DNA from: Candidatus Omnitrophota bacterium
GTDB taxonomy: Bacteria > Omnitrophota > Gorgyraeia > Gygaellales > Profunditerraquicolaceae
Assembly (NCBI GenBank): GCA_043807505.1
Contig: JAZDFW010000038.1
Span: 1 to 59,914, forward strand
Direction of reading: 5' to 3'
DNA: 59,914 bases
Under the pieces are notes generated by a model. That model did not search any database. It had not been told where the DNA came from and worked only from the letters and a program-made list of their open reading frames with translations. Shown in pieces: positions 8,832 to 18,894 of this stretch (the stretch's first letter is position 1; each line of letters starts with the position of its first letter). Position numbers and translations under genes: made by a program.

Positions 8832-9824
8832 CTATGCCTTTTTTAATTTTCTAGGGTCTATCTGCATCCCTAAAGTTAATCCCATCCCTGCAAGAAGTTC
8901 CTTAATCTCAGTTAAGGATTTTTTTCCAAAATTCTTAAAAGCTAACATTTCATCTTCACTTCTCTTGACTAAATCAGCGATAACCTTAATATTCGCCTCT
9001 CTTAAACAATTAGAACTTCTTACGGAAAGTTCAAGCTCGGAGATCGGAAGCCTTAATTTCTCATAAAGAGCAGCTTCCTCTTTTGTCATCTCCAGCTCCA
9101 GTTCTTCCTCTTCCTCGGGCATTTGTCCAAAGTTAACAAAGATATCCAAATGGCGCTGCAGAATATTAGACGCATATAATAAAGCGTCTTTTGGAGTTAT
9201 AGCTCCATTGGTGAATATCTCTAATATTAGTTTATCGTAATCCGTCTTCTGCCCTACCCGGGTATTCTCAATAGAGAAATTTACTTTTTTAACCGGGCTG
9301 AAAATCGAATCAATCGCAATCGAACCAATTGACGCATCTTCTTTCTTATTTAACTCAGCAGGCACATAGCCCCTTCCCTTTGCCACTTCCATCTCAACAT
9401 GGAATTTAACGTCTTTAGTTAAAGTAGCAATATGTAAATCGGGATTAATTACCTCTATTGTTTCATCCGCTTCGATATCGCCTGCCTTAACTTCTCCTTT
9501 TGTATCTTTTTTGATATAGACTGTTTTAGGAATTTTTGAGTGAGAGCTTAAGACGATATTCTTGATATTCAAAATTATTTCTGTCGTATCTTCCAATACT
9601 CCGGGGATCGTGGAAAATTCATGCTGCACGCCGTGGAATTTTACGCTCGTTATACTGCTTCCTTCTATAGAAGAAAGCAAAACCCTTCTTAACGAATTAC
9701 CTAAAGTGATGCCATACCCTTTTTCAAAAGGAGCGGCAATAAATTTACCATAGGTATTGCTATAAGCTGCTTCATCACATTCAAGCCTCTTTGGTAACTG
9801 AAAATCTCTCCATTTTATGCCCAT
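8832..9824 (-). CDS. rpoA: DNA-directed RNA polymerase subunit alpha
   Basis: 330 aa with a conserved N-terminal domain and a C-terminal LELSVRSSNCL helix-hairpin-helix. Confidence 0.95.
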   Translation of the reverse strand: MGIKWRDFQLPKRLECDEAAYSNTYGKFIAAPFEKGYGITLGNSLRRVLLSSIEGSSITSVKFHGVQHEFSTIPGVLEDTTEIILNIKNIVLSSHSKIPKTVYIKKDTKGEVKAGDIEADETIEVINPDLHIATLTKDVKFHVEMEVAKGRGYVPAELNKKEDASIGSIAIDSIFSPVKKVNFSIENTRVGQKTDYDKLILEIFTNGAITPKDALLYASNILQRHLDIFVNFGQMPEEEEELELEMTKEEAALYEKLRLPISELELSVRSSNCLREANIKVIADLVKRSEDEMLAFKNFGKKSLTEIKELLAGMGLTLGMQIDPRKLKKA

Positions 9825-9889
9825 ATATTTTTCTCCGTTTTTGTTTTAGGTTAATTTCCTAGCGGCGAACATGCCGCATCAACCAGTAT

Positions 9890-10519
9890 TTACTTTGAAT
9901 ATAATTCTACGATTAATTGTTCCTGAATAGTGCTTGAGATATCTTCTTTCTCCGGCAACCTTGTAACTTTCGCCTTTAATGCCTGCTGGTCAAGCTCAAG
10001 CCACGAAGGAACAGATCTATCTTTATTTAACTCTATGTTTTCTTTAATTTTTTTCAAGCCCTTCTCTTTTGCCTTTATCTCAATCACATCATCTTTATCT
10101 ACCGAAAATGAAGGAATATTTACGCGCCGAGAATTAATATAGACAAAATTGTGCCTTACAATCTGCCTACCGCCTGCTCTTGAGGTAGCAAGGCCTAATC
10201 TAAACACTACATTATCCAGCCTTCTTTCCAGAAGTTGCAATAACACGCGCCCTGTAACACCTTTTGATTTCGAGGCAGTTTGAAAATATCTGCGGAATTG
10301 CCTCTCCAAGACTCCGTACATCCATTTGACTTTTTGTTTTTCCTTCATCTGCAGTCCGTAGTTAGAGAGCTTCTGCCTTCTACCTTCTCCGTGCTGGCCG
10401 GGAGCAAATGCCCTTTTAGTCATAGCGCATTTCTGGGTATAACATTTATTACCTTTAAGAAATAATTTCTCTAAACTACGCCGGCATAATCTACAAACAG
10501 CATCTGTATATCGAGCCAT
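9890..10519 (-). CDS. rpsD: 30S ribosomal protein S4
   Basis: MARYTDAVCRLCRR... uS4 N-terminus. Position in the alpha operon. Confidence 0.95.
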   Translation of the reverse strand: MARYTDAVCRLCRRSLEKLFLKGNKCYTQKCAMTKRAFAPGQHGEGRRQKLSNYGLQMKEKQKVKWMYGVLERQFRRYFQTASKSKGVTGRVLLQLLERRLDNVVFRLGLATSRAGGRQIVRHNFVYINSRRVNIPSFSVDKDDVIEIKAKEKGLKKIKENIELNKDRSVPSWLELDQQALKAKVTRLPEKEDISSTIQEQLIVELYSK

Positions 10520-10524
10520 TAAAT

Positions 10525-10914
10525 TTACACTCTCCTTTTCTTTTTAGGACGACATCCGTTGTGCGGTATAGGAGTTACATCTTTAATAGAAGTAATTACA
10601 AGGCCTGCGGCTTGCAATGCCCTAATTGCTGATTCACGCCCAAACCCAGGGCCTTTTACCTGCACCTCAATCTCTTTAAGCCCTATTTCTTTTGCTTTTC
10701 TTGCCGCATCTGTCGCGGCAAGCTGAGCCGCAAATGGTGTGGATTTTTTTGAACCGCCATAACCGACAATACCGGGAGTGGACCAAACCAATACATTGCC
10801 CTGTTTATCGGTAATCGTTATTATCGTATTATTAAAACTTGCCTGAATATGGGCAATACCGGTCGTAATCCCCTTGGCAATTTTTTTCTTTTTATTTTTT
10901 TCTTTTATAGCCAT
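10525..10914 (-). CDS. rpsK: 30S ribosomal protein S11 (start at [11 protein letters not shown])
   Basis: uS11 core [21 protein letters not shown] 10914-10912 is preceded by AAGGAGG. The 40-aa extension in the ORF track reads through the structured element. Confidence 0.9.
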   Translation of the reverse strand: MAIKEKNKKKKIAKGITTGIAHIQASFNNTIITITDKQGNVLVWSTPGIVGYGGSKKSTPFAAQLAATDAARKAKEIGLKEIEVQVKGPGFGRESAIRALQAAGLVITSIKDVTPIPHNGCRPKKKRRV

Positions 10915-10940
10915 TAAATTTTTTCCTCCTTGCACAGTAA

Positions 10941-11064
10941 GTGCACACCGGCCTATCCAATTAGGCCGGGTGTTTGCCCACAAAGGGCACACTGGCGCAA
11001 TTCTCCGCCAAAGGGCGTATGCCGAACCATCCAATTGGTTCGGGCCGATAAGCGCCAGGTGTGC
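10941..11064. repeat. 124-bp GC-rich structured palindromic element between rpsM and rpsK
   Basis: Ends are GTGCACACC...GGTGTGC. Twin hairpins CCGGCCT-atccaatt-AGGCCGG (10948-10969) and CCGAACCA-tccaat-TGGTTCGG (11022-11043) share a loop and a 3' G bulge. A long stem joins GCACACTGGCGC (10987-10998) and GCGCCAGGTGTGC (11052-11064). Confidence 0.6.
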
Positions 11065-11073
11065 TATATTACT

Positions 11074-11502
11074 TTATTTTCCAGCGCTCTTTGCGCCAGG
11101 AGCAGCAGCTTTCTTAGGCGCTGTTTCGGCTTTCTTAATTACCGCCATACCGCTTCTTCGCTTCCCTTTTCTAGTCCTTGCGTTTGTTCGTGTTCGCTGC
11201 CCTCTCACCGGAAGGCCTTTCTTATGGCGCAACCCTCTCCAAGAACCAATGTCCATTAATCTTTTTATGTTTTGCGAAATATCCCTGCGCAAATCTCCTT
11301 CAACCCTATAAGTACCTTTCTGTAAAATATTAGTGATACGGGAAATCTCCTCTTCATTTAACTCTTTTGCGCGCTTATCAGGGCTAATCCCCGCTTCTTT
11401 AAGAATAACGCCTGACAAATGCCGGCCGACTCCGAATAAATAAGTAAGCGAAATCTCAATTCTTTTTTCTTTTGGGATGTCTACACCTAAGATCCTGGGC
11501 AT
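11074..11502 (-). CDS. rpsM: 30S ribosomal protein S13 with Ala/Lys/Pro-rich C-terminal tail
   Basis: [26 protein letters not shown] uS13 N-terminus. Confidence 0.95.
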   Translation of the reverse strand: MPRILGVDIPKEKRIEISLTYLFGVGRHLSGVILKEAGISPDKRAKELNEEEISRITNILQKGTYRVEGDLRRDISQNIKRLMDIGSWRGLRHKKGLPVRGQRTRTNARTRKGKRRSGMAVIKKAETAPKKAAAPGAKSAGK

Positions 11503-11519
11503 AATCTATTTACTCCTTT

Positions 11520-11633
11520 TTATCCTTGTCTCTGTTTGTGTTTTGGATTAATGCAAATTACCCGCACAATCCCCCTTCTTTTAATAATTTTACATTTATC
11601 GCAGATTTTTCTAACAGACGATTTTACCTTCAT
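11520..11633 (-). CDS. rpmJ: 50S ribosomal protein L36 (37 aa)
   Basis: Below the ORF-track size cutoff. Hand translation: [37 protein letters not shown]. Lies between infA and rpsM as expected. Confidence 0.9.
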   Translation of the reverse strand: MKVKSSVRKICDKCKIIKRRGIVRVICINPKHKQRQG

Positions 11634-11634
11634 T

Positions 11635-11853
11635 TTATTTCACCCGAAAAGTTATTCTCCCGCGGCTCAAATCATAAGGAGAAAGCCCTAATTTTACTTT
11701 GTCACCCGGCAAAATTCTAATAAAGTTCATTCTCATTTTTCCCGAAACATGCGCAAGCACTATATGGCCGTTCTCAAGCTCCACTCTAAACATCGCGTTT
11801 GGTAATGCCTCAACTACTTTACCTTCGGTCTCAATCAATTCTTCTTTTGCCAT
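11635..11853 (-). CDS. infA: translation initiation factor IF-1
   Basis: 72 aa S1-like fold: [30 protein letters not shown]. Confidence 0.95.
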   Translation of the reverse strand: MAKEELIETEGKVVEALPNAMFRVELENGHIVLAHVSGKMRMNFIRILPGDKVKLGLSPYDLSRGRITFRVK

Positions 11854-11877
11854 ACAATCCTTTTTTTAGCCCCAGAG

Positions 11878-12621
11878 TTATTTAGTCAATATTTCCGTGC
11901 CGTGGTCTGTAATTGCTACTGTATGTTCAAAATGTGCCGAGGCAAGGCCGTCTTCTGTTACTGCTGTCCAGCCGTTATCAAGGATCTTACTTTCCCAAGT
12001 GCCCATGTTTACCATCGGCTCAATAGCCAATACCATTCCGCTTTTTAACACCGGGCCTGAGTGTGCTTGGCCAAAATTGGGAATCTCCGGTTCTTCATGT
12101 AAACTTCTGCCTATACCATGGCCTACAAACTGCCTCACTACCGAAAATCCGTTGCGTTCTACATAATTCTGAATCGCATAAGAGATATCAAATAAATGGT
12201 TTTGCGCCCTAGCCTGCTTTATTCCAACGCCTAAGGCAGCCTTAGTAACATCAATTAACTTTTTTAATTTTTGGTCAATCTTACCTATGCCTATAGTAAC
12301 CGCGGCATCGGAAAAATAACCTTCATATTTGATGCCCACATCAAGGCTTAAGATATCGCCTTCTTTTAATTTTCTTGGCCCCGGGATTCCATGCACTATT
12401 TCTTCATTAATCGAAGTGCAGATACTTGAGGTAAAGCCCTTGTAGCCCTTAAAAGCAGGTTCGGCATTTTCTCGCCTAATCAACTCTTCAGCCAACTTGT
12501 CAATTTCGCTTGTCGCAATCCCAACATCTATAAATTCGCCTAAACTATTCATTACCCTGGCCAAGATTCTTCCCGATATCCGAAGTTTTTCTAAGTCTAG
12601 TTCAGACTTTAAAGGAATCAT
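11878..12621 (-). CDS. map: type I methionine aminopeptidase
   Basis: 247 aa with metal-ligand segments DVGIKYEGYFSD, GHGIG and EPM. Confidence 0.9.
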   Translation of the reverse strand: MIPLKSELDLEKLRISGRILARVMNSLGEFIDVGIATSEIDKLAEELIRRENAEPAFKGYKGFTSSICTSINEEIVHGIPGPRKLKEGDILSLDVGIKYEGYFSDAAVTIGIGKIDQKLKKLIDVTKAALGVGIKQARAQNHLFDISYAIQNYVERNGFSVVRQFVGHGIGRSLHEEPEIPNFGQAHSGPVLKSGMVLAIEPMVNMGTWESKILDNGWTAVTEDGLASAHFEHTVAITDHGTEILTK

Positions 12622-13267
12622 TCTGTTTTTTTACAAGGCTAATAATCTCTTCTAAAACCTTGCTTGCTTCTCCGTCAGCCAGGACACGAACTAATTTTTG
12701 CTTTGAGGCGTAATATTCAATTACGGGCGCTGATTCCTTATTGTAAACCTCAAGCCGTTTTTTAATTGTCTCTTCTTTATCATCGTTTCTCTGATAAAGT
12801 TTGCCCGAGCAATTATCACAAACCATATTAACTTTAGGCGGCATGTTCACCGCGTGGAAATTAAGGCCGCATTTACTGCAAACTAGGCGGCCGGAAAGCC
12901 GCTGTATAATTACCAAAATATTTGTATCAAGATACACCGCCATGTCTATATTTGAATTTTTATCTTTAAGCATACTATCTAATGACTCTGCCTGTTTTAT
13001 GGTCCGGGGAAACCCATCTAAAATAAAACCTTTTTTTACATCAGGCTGGTCAAATCTGGCGGAGAGCATTTTAGTAACCAACTCATCCGGAACAAGCGTA
13101 CCTTTATTCATATAGCCTTGCGCTTCTTTGCCTAATTCAGTTCCAGAGGAAACATTCTGACGCAGCAAATCACCGGTAGAAATATGTGTCAGGCTTAATC
13201 TCTCTGCTAAAACCTTCGCCTGCGTGCCCTTTCCTGCCCCTGGCGGCCCCAATAAAATTATCTTCAT
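12602..13267 (-). CDS. adk: adenylate kinase (Zn-lid type)
   Basis: GPPGAGKGTQA P-loop, and lid cysteines CSKCG...CDNCSG. Confidence 0.95.
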   Translation of the reverse strand: MKIILLGPPGAGKGTQAKVLAERLSLTHISTGDLLRQNVSSGTELGKEAQGYMNKGTLVPDELVTKMLSARFDQPDVKKGFILDGFPRTIKQAESLDSMLKDKNSNIDMAVYLDTNILVIIQRLSGRLVCSKCGLNFHAVNMPPKVNMVCDNCSGKLYQRNDDKEETIKKRLEVYNKESAPVIEYYASKQKLVRVLADGEASKVLEEIISLVKKQNDSFKV

Positions 13268-13273
13268 ATAAAA

Positions 13274-14644
13274 CTATCTTCTTCCTTTAATACGGCTGCC
13301 TTTAATAAACCCTTCGTAATGATGGGTCAATAAATGTGATTCGATTTGTTTTATCGTATCCAGCATAACGCCCACAGTAATCAATATGCTGGTCCCGCCG
13401 GCAAAAGAAGCGATTAAATACGGCACTTTAAGCCACGCCATAATTGCATCCGGTAAAATCGCGATGCAAGCAATGAATATCGCGCCGGCTAATGTAACTC
13501 TTACCATTACATAATCTAAAAATTCCGCGGTAGATAATCCCGGCCTTACACCGGGAATAAAACCGCCGTATTTTTTCATGTTCTCGGATAAATCATTGGG
13601 ATTAAATACTATGGCTGTATAAAAATAACAAAAGAAAATTATTAAAAGCGCGTAAACAACAGTATAAAGTAAGTGGCCCCTAATTAACCCTTGCGCCAAA
13701 CTCTGAAATGAAGGATTAGGAATAAATGAGGCTAATGTAGCAGGAAATAATATTATTGACTGCGCAAATATAATCGCAATAACGCCGGAAGTATCCACCT
13801 TTAACGGGATATAAGTACTCTGTCCGCCGTAAATCTTACGGCCGACAATCCTGCGCGCATACTGCACAGGAATTTTACGCTGGCCCTGCGTGATTAAGAT
13901 TACTAAAAATACAACCGCGGCAAAAAGAACAGCCATAACTAATAACGTAAAAGGCTGTATCTGGCGGCGAGAAATATCTAACGGTGAAATCAGGATAAAT
14001 AATTGATGCAGCGCGGCGGGGATCCTTGAAATAATACCGGCGGTGATTACTAATGAAATACCATTGCCAATACCTCTTTCTTGTATCTGCTCTCCCAGCC
14101 ACATAATAAATATAGTGCCTGTTGTAAGAGTCACGACCGTAAGTAATCTAAAGCCCCAGCCGGGAGAAAGCACGATCCTTAAGCCCTCAAAACGAGCGGG
14201 ATTCTCCAACCACAGGGCAATAAAAAATGACTGGACTATTGATAAGACAACTGTCCCGTAACGGGTGATTTGATTTATCTTTTCGTATCCGGCTTTACCT
14301 TCTTTAGCCAACTTTTCTAATGCCGGCACAACCGCGGTTAAAAGCTGCATAATAATAGAACTTGAGATATAAGGCATAATCCCAAGCGCGAAAATAGTCA
14401 ACCGCTCCATTGCGCCACCGGAAAACATATTAATTATGCCAAAGAGCGCTCCGCCTTGAGTTTTTGCGACCCGCGCAAAAAATTCCGCTAATGCTGCCCC
14501 ATCAATACCGGGAGTGGGCAAATAACAACCCACACGATAAACCCCGATTAATGCCGCGGTGATTACGAGGCGTCTTTTTAAATCCGGTATCTTAAAAGAA
14601 TTAACTAAAGGACTAAAATTAAATAGCTCAGTTATTGAGGTCAT
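13274..14644 (-). CDS. secY: preprotein translocase subunit SecY
   Basis: 456-aa polytopic membrane protein at the end of the spc operon. Confidence 0.95.
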   Translation of the reverse strand: MTSITELFNFSPLVNSFKIPDLKRRLVITAALIGVYRVGCYLPTPGIDGAALAEFFARVAKTQGGALFGIINMFSGGAMERLTIFALGIMPYISSSIIMQLLTAVVPALEKLAKEGKAGYEKINQITRYGTVVLSIVQSFFIALWLENPARFEGLRIVLSPGWGFRLLTVVTLTTGTIFIMWLGEQIQERGIGNGISLVITAGIISRIPAALHQLFILISPLDISRRQIQPFTLLVMAVLFAAVVFLVILITQGQRKIPVQYARRIVGRKIYGGQSTYIPLKVDTSGVIAIIFAQSIILFPATLASFIPNPSFQSLAQGLIRGHLLYTVVYALLIIFFCYFYTAIVFNPNDLSENMKKYGGFIPGVRPGLSTAEFLDYVMVRVTLAGAIFIACIAILPDAIMAWLKVPYLIASFAGGTSILITVGVMLDTIKQIESHLLTHHYEGFIKGSRIKGRR

Positions 14645-15173
14645 TTATAATTTCTATTTTTCCGCCAGATTTTTGGATCTTCTCGGCCGCAGTTTTGGAA
14701 AATGCGTGGGCTCGGACAGTAACGGCGTTATTCAGGTCTGCGTCACCTAAAATTTTAATGGCCTTAGACTTATCCTTAATTAATCCTTTTTCTTCTAATA
14801 AATCCGGGGTTATACTTAAATCTTTAATAACTTTAAGGTCATCCAAATTTACCAACTGATATTCTTTTTTAAATCTATTTGTAAATCCGCGTTTTGGCAT
14901 CCTGCGGATTAAAGGAGTTTGTCCTCCTTCGAATCCGGCATAAAAATCCCGCCCTGCGCGGGAAGTCTGCCCCTTACTACCGCGAGTAGAAGTTTTCCCG
15001 TGCCCGGAACCAGGGCCCCTGCCTAAAAGTTTTTTACGTTTGTGCGCGCCATGCGGAACTTTTAAATTATGTAAACCAAAAGCCGGCGCTAAAGGAACCG
15101 GCTCTAGTTTCTTAATCTTAGCCCCAACCTTAGGCTTTGGGGTCGTCTTTTTCTTTAGTATCTTCTTTTTCAT
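14628..15173 (-). CDS. rplO: 50S ribosomal protein L15 with about 30-aa Lys-rich N-terminal extension
   Basis: [19 protein letters not shown] uL15 motif. No alternative ATG exists. Overlaps the rpsE 3' end by 44 nt, so start confidence is lower. Confidence 0.8.
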   Translation of the reverse strand: MKKKILKKKTTPKPKVGAKIKKLEPVPLAPAFGLHNLKVPHGAHKRKKLLGRGPGSGHGKTSTRGSKGQTSRAGRDFYAGFEGGQTPLIRRMPKRGFTNRFKKEYQLVNLDDLKVIKDLSITPDLLEEKGLIKDKSKAIKILGDADLNNAVTVRAHAFSKTAAEKIQKSGGKIEIINDLNN

Positions 15174-15630
15174 CGTTAGTAACCTTTAAATTTTTTAAGC
15201 CATCGATTGTTGCTTTAATTACATTTATCGGATTGTTCGATTTAAGGCATTTGGTTAATATGTTTTTTATGCCGGCTGCTTCACAGATTGCTCTAACAGG
15301 GCCTGCCGCAATAACACCGGTTCCTTCAGAAGCAGGCTTTAAAAGAACCTTGGCAGCGCCATATTTACCGATTATTTCATGAGGGATAGTCGTTCCTTCC
15401 CTAGGCACATTAAAAAGATCTTTTTTTGCTTTTGTCAGGCTTTTACGAATTGCGATAGCAACCTCATTAGCCTTCTCCAGCGCAAAACCGACGCGGCCCT
15501 TAGTATCGCCTACAACAACCAGCGCGCTAAAATGAAGTTTTTTTCCGCCTTTAGTAACTTTTGTTACACGGTTAATACTAATAACTTTTTCGATTAATTC
15601 TGAATGTTGTTCTATATTTAATTCTCGCAT
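15130..15630 (-). CDS. rpsE: 30S ribosomal protein S5
   Basis: [27 protein letters not shown] uS5 motif with an acidic/Lys-rich C-terminal tail. Confidence 0.95.
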   Translation of the reverse strand: MRELNIEQHSELIEKVISINRVTKVTKGGKKLHFSALVVVGDTKGRVGFALEKANEVAIAIRKSLTKAKKDLFNVPREGTTIPHEIIGKYGAAKVLLKPASEGTGVIAAGPVRAICEAAGIKNILTKCLKSNNPINVIKATIDGLKNLKVTNDEKEDTKEKDDPKA

Positions 15631-15631
15631 C

Positions 15632-16000
15632 TTAGAATTCTAATCCCCCTTTTCTTAAACTCTCGGCAAAGGCCTTGACCCTGCCGTGATATAAATAACC
15701 TGCCCGGTCAAAAATAATTTTATTGATGCCCTTTTCCTTTAATTTCTTTACGCAAATTTCGCCTAACCCTACGGCAGCCTTTATGTTACCACCCGAAGGA
15801 AATTTTTCTTTTACCTCTTTATCCATAGAAGAAATCGAAAGCATGGTTTTATTTTTTGTATCGTCAACAATCTGCACAGAAAGGTTATTGAGGCTGCGCC
15901 TGACAACTAAACGCGGCCTATCTGCGCTAGAATTCATTTTTAATCTTAAACGAGTGTGCCTTTTTGATCTTGATATTTCTTTTTTATTTTTCATAATCAA
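15632..16000 (-). CDS. rplR: 50S ribosomal protein L18
   Basis: [20 protein letters not shown] and a [16 protein letters not shown] uL18 C-terminus. Confidence 0.95.
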   Translation of the reverse strand: MIMKNKKEISRSKRHTRLRLKMNSSADRPRLVVRRSLNNLSVQIVDDTKNKTMLSISSMDKEVKEKFPSGGNIKAAVGLGEICVKKLKEKGINKIIFDRAGYLYHGRVKAFAESLRKGGLEF

Positions 16001-16012
16001 TTACCCTTAAAT

Positions 16013-16564
16013 TTATTTTCCGCCGCCTGTCGCTTGCGCCTTGCCAACTTTCATTTTCACATATTCTCCGGCAAAACGAATACCCTTACCTTTATATGGT
16101 TCAGGAGGGCATACTGCGCGAATCTCGGCAGCTATCCTGCCGATTAATTCTTTATCAATCCCTCTTATAACAAGCTGCGTAGGTTTAGGAGTTTCTATTT
16201 TAATTCCTTGGGGTATAGCAATTGTTACAGGATGAGAAAACCCTAACTGTAAGGTTAATTTATCCTGTTGGACCGCTGCCTTATATCCCACACCTCTAAT
16301 TTCTAATTCTTTAACGTAACCTTCGGTAACGCCTTTAATCATACCAACAACTAAAGCACGGTATAAACCATGGAGAGATTTATCAGTTTTTATATCGGAG
16401 GCTCGCTTAAACAAGGCAAATCCATCTTTAACTTCCAAGGTTATACGAGCAGACATCTTGCGGGACAATTTGCCTTTTGGCCCTTCAACAAAAACTACTC
16501 CGTCTTTTACTTCTATTGATACGCCTTTAGGGATTATAACCGGTTTTTTGCCTAACCTAGACAT
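16013..16564 (-). CDS. rplF: 50S ribosomal protein L6
   Basis: MSRLGKKPVIIPKGV uL6 N-terminus. Confidence 0.95.
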   Translation of the reverse strand: MSRLGKKPVIIPKGVSIEVKDGVVFVEGPKGKLSRKMSARITLEVKDGFALFKRASDIKTDKSLHGLYRALVVGMIKGVTEGYVKELEIRGVGYKAAVQQDKLTLQLGFSHPVTIAIPQGIKIETPKPTQLVIRGIDKELIGRIAAEIRAVCPPEPYKGKGIRFAGEYVKMKVGKAQATGGGK

Positions 16565-16574
16565 TTTATTTCCT

Positions 16575-16970
16575 TTACCAAATGTATGCTATTATCTCTC
16601 CGCCTAAACCTAAATCCCTAGCTTGCTTATCGGTTAAAATACCTTTTGAGGTAGAAACTATGGCTATCCCTCTACCCCTTAGAACCGATGGTATCTTATC
16701 GCGCTTAACATATACCCGCAAAGAAGATTTAGAAATTCGCTTTATCTTTCTTATTGCCGGCTTACCGGCTATATATTTTAAATAAATCCTAAGTATTCCC
16801 TGTTTTTTATCTTCAACTAACTTAAAAGCATCAATATAATTCTCTTTTTCTAAAATCTCTAAAATTGATTTTAAAGTACCTGACGCAGGCACATCTACAT
16901 TTTCTTTATGTACCATTTGGGCATTACGGATCATTGTAAACGCATCTGCGATTAAATCTGTCCTAGACAT
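16575..16970 (-). CDS. rpsH: 30S ribosomal protein S8
   Basis: DLIADAFTMIRNAQMV uS8 N-terminus. Confidence 0.95.
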   Translation of the reverse strand: MSRTDLIADAFTMIRNAQMVHKENVDVPASGTLKSILEILEKENYIDAFKLVEDKKQGILRIYLKYIAGKPAIRKIKRISKSSLRVYVKRDKIPSVLRGRGIAIVSTSKGILTDKQARDLGLGGEIIAYIW

Positions 16971-16996
16971 CTTTTTTATTCTCCTTAAAACTTTAA

Positions 16997-17182
16997 CTAC
17001 CAGCTTGCCTTTTTGATTCCCGGAATCACACCGGCCGAGGCTAATTCTCTAAAACAAATACGACAGAGCTTAAACCTGCGAAGAAATCCTCCTACCCTGC
17101 CACAAAGCGGACAACGGTTATATTTGCGCGACGAAAATTTAGGAGCCCTTTTCCATCTTGCTATTTGTGATTTTTTTGCCAT
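16997..17182 (-). CDS. rpsN: 30S ribosomal protein S14, Zn-ribbon (type Z, 61 aa)
   Basis: CPLCGR...CRICFRE CxxC pairs and the terminal KASW. Confidence 0.95.
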   Translation of the reverse strand: MAKKSQIARWKRAPKFSSRKYNRCPLCGRVGGFLRRFKLCRICFRELASAGVIPGIKKASW

Positions 17183-17183
17183 A

Positions 17184-17738
17184 TTACTCCTTAGATACTT
17201 TAAACGGCATCCCGAATAATTTCAATAACTCTCTTGCCTGTTCTATGGATTTTGCATTTTTGATAACTAAGGTAATATCCATTCCTTGCGCGCGGCTTAC
17301 TCTATCATAATCAATTTCCGGAAATATTAATTGTTCGGTTAAACCTAATGTATAGTTACCGGCTTTATCAAATGAATCTAGCGGCACGCCTCTAAAGTCA
17401 CGAATACGGGGAATAGCGACGTTAATTAATCGATCGATAAATTCATACATCATCGTCCGCCTCAAAGTAACCTTGCAAGCGATTGCCTGGCCTTGCCTAA
17501 TCTTAAAGTTAGCAATTGCTTTTTTAGCGCGCCTTATAATCGGTTTTTGACCGGTGATTATAGCAAGTTCCTCCATTGCCTTATCTAAGATTTTAATATC
17601 CAGCAATGCTTCACCTACGCCCATATTAACGACTACCTTCTCTAAACGCGGAACCTCAAACCTATTCTTCAGAGAAAAAACCCGCATCATCTCCGGGATA
17701 ATTTCTTTTCTGTATTTTTCTAATAATCTTGGGGCCAT
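17184..17738 (-). CDS. rplE: 50S ribosomal protein L5
   Basis: uL5 family by sequence and by position in the spc operon. Confidence 0.95.
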   Translation of the reverse strand: MAPRLLEKYRKEIIPEMMRVFSLKNRFEVPRLEKVVVNMGVGEALLDIKILDKAMEELAIITGQKPIIRRAKKAIANFKIRQGQAIACKVTLRRTMMYEFIDRLINVAIPRIRDFRGVPLDSFDKAGNYTLGLTEQLIFPEIDYDRVSRAQGMDITLVIKNAKSIEQARELLKLFGMPFKVSKE

Positions 17739-17740
17739 AT

Positions 17741-18052
17741 TTATATCGCCTCTTTACAAGCTTTGCAAAATCTTGATTTTGTGCCGTCTTTTAAATTCAT
17801 TATGCCAACCCTGACAGGACGATTGCAACTCTTACAAACCAACATCAGATTTGCGATACTAATCGGGGTCTCGATGGAAACAATCCCTCCCTGCTGGTCT
17901 TGCTGGGTTTTACGCTTATGTTTTTTCACAGTGTTTAACCCTTCCACGAGGGCGCGCTTTTCTGCCAACAGGATACTTAAAACCTTGCCTTTTTTACCTT
18001 TATCTTTACCTTTAACTGCTTGAACTATATCGCCGCGCCTGATTTTATACAT
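17741..18052 (-). CDS. rplX: 50S ribosomal protein L24
   Basis: KOW motif [21 protein letters not shown]. Confidence 0.95.
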   Translation of the reverse strand: MYKIRRGDIVQAVKGKDKGKKGKVLSILLAEKRALVEGLNTVKKHKRKTQQDQQGGIVSIETPISIANLMLVCKSCNRPVRVGIMNLKDGTKSRFCKACKEAI

Positions 18053-18420
18053 TAAATAACCTCTGGAGCTAAAGAAATGATTTTAGTAAAATTCTTCTCT
18101 CTTAATTCTCTTGCCACCGGGCCAAAAACTCTTGTGCCTTTAGGATTCATTTGCGGATCAATAAATACAATTGCATTATGGTCAAACCTTAATATAGAAC
18201 CATCCGATCTCCTAATCCCCATTTTTGTCCTTACAATTACGGCTTTGCCCACTTCGCCTTTTTTCACAGCTGCATCAGGCCCAGATTCTTTGACATTTAC
18301 ATTGATTACGTCGCCGATTTGCGCATGCAGGCAATTCATTTTTCCCAAGACGCCGATAAACGAAGCCTTTTTTGCGCCGGTATTATCTGCTACATCTAAA
18401 ATTGTCCTTAACTGAATCAT
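18052..18420 (-). CDS. rplN: 50S ribosomal protein L14
   Basis: [18 protein letters not shown] uL14 N-terminus. Confidence 0.95.
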   Translation of the reverse strand: MIQLRTILDVADNTGAKKASFIGVLGKMNCLHAQIGDVINVNVKESGPDAAVKKGEVGKAVIVRTKMGIRRSDGSILRFDHNAIVFIDPQMNPKGTRVFGPVARELREKNFTKIISLAPEVI

Positions 18421-18698
18421 TCTATCTCTTCCTTTAATTCAATATGCGGCAGTGCTGCTTTCTTTACGATCTCAAGAAGCCGAAAATGCTTTTCTTTCGA
18501 CAAAGGCCTGGTTTCTTCTATACGCACCAAATCGCCTATTTTAGTTATATTTTTTTCATCATGCACCTTAAATTTACTATGTTTTTTCATAATCTTACCG
18601 TATTTAGCATGTTTGGCTAATCTGGTAATCTTAATAACGCGGGTCTTCTGCATCTTGTCACTTGTAACTATGCCGGTATAAATTTTATTCCTACCCAT
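18417..18698 (-). CDS. rpsQ: 30S ribosomal protein S17
   Basis: [16 protein letters not shown] uS17 motif. Confidence 0.95.
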   Translation of the reverse strand: MGRNKIYTGIVTSDKMQKTRVIKITRLAKHAKYGKIMKKHSKFKVHDEKNITKIGDLVRIEETRPLSKEKHFRLLEIVKKAALPHIELKEEIE

Positions 18699-18894
18699 TT
18701 GCTTTCACTTTCTTCTCTTTTAATAAAGTTTTAACGCGGGCGATATCTTTTTTTACTAAAGAGAACATATGCGGCTTATCAACCCTGCCGCTGTAACGGC
18801 CTTCATTAAGCTTAAATAACTCTTGGCCCAAGGCTTTTTCCTTTTGCATAAGCTCTTCCGTTGATAAATCTCTTAAATCTTTAATTTTAGTCAT
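18691..18894 (-). CDS. rpmC: 50S ribosomal protein L29
   Basis: 67 aa, LRDLSTEELMQKEKALGQELFKLN. Confidence 0.9.
   Translation of the reverse strand: MTKIKDLRDLSTEELMQKEKALGQELFKLNEGRYSGRVDKPHMFSLVKKDIARVKTLLKEKKVKANG

Noticed and set aside
10915-11034. 40-aa N-terminal extension of rpsK (with similar extensions on fusA, rpsG, rplL and hisB)
   Set aside because: The extensions run through structured non-coding DNA or overlap upstream genes. Internal ATGs with good RBS give family-typical N-termini.
13875-14102. Same-strand overlapping ORFs inside secY (13875-14102), rplD (22114-22308), fusA (24970-25158) and alaS (54551-54826)
   Set aside because: They are alternative frames of well-supported genes, with Arg/Cys-rich odd composition and no RBS or motifs.
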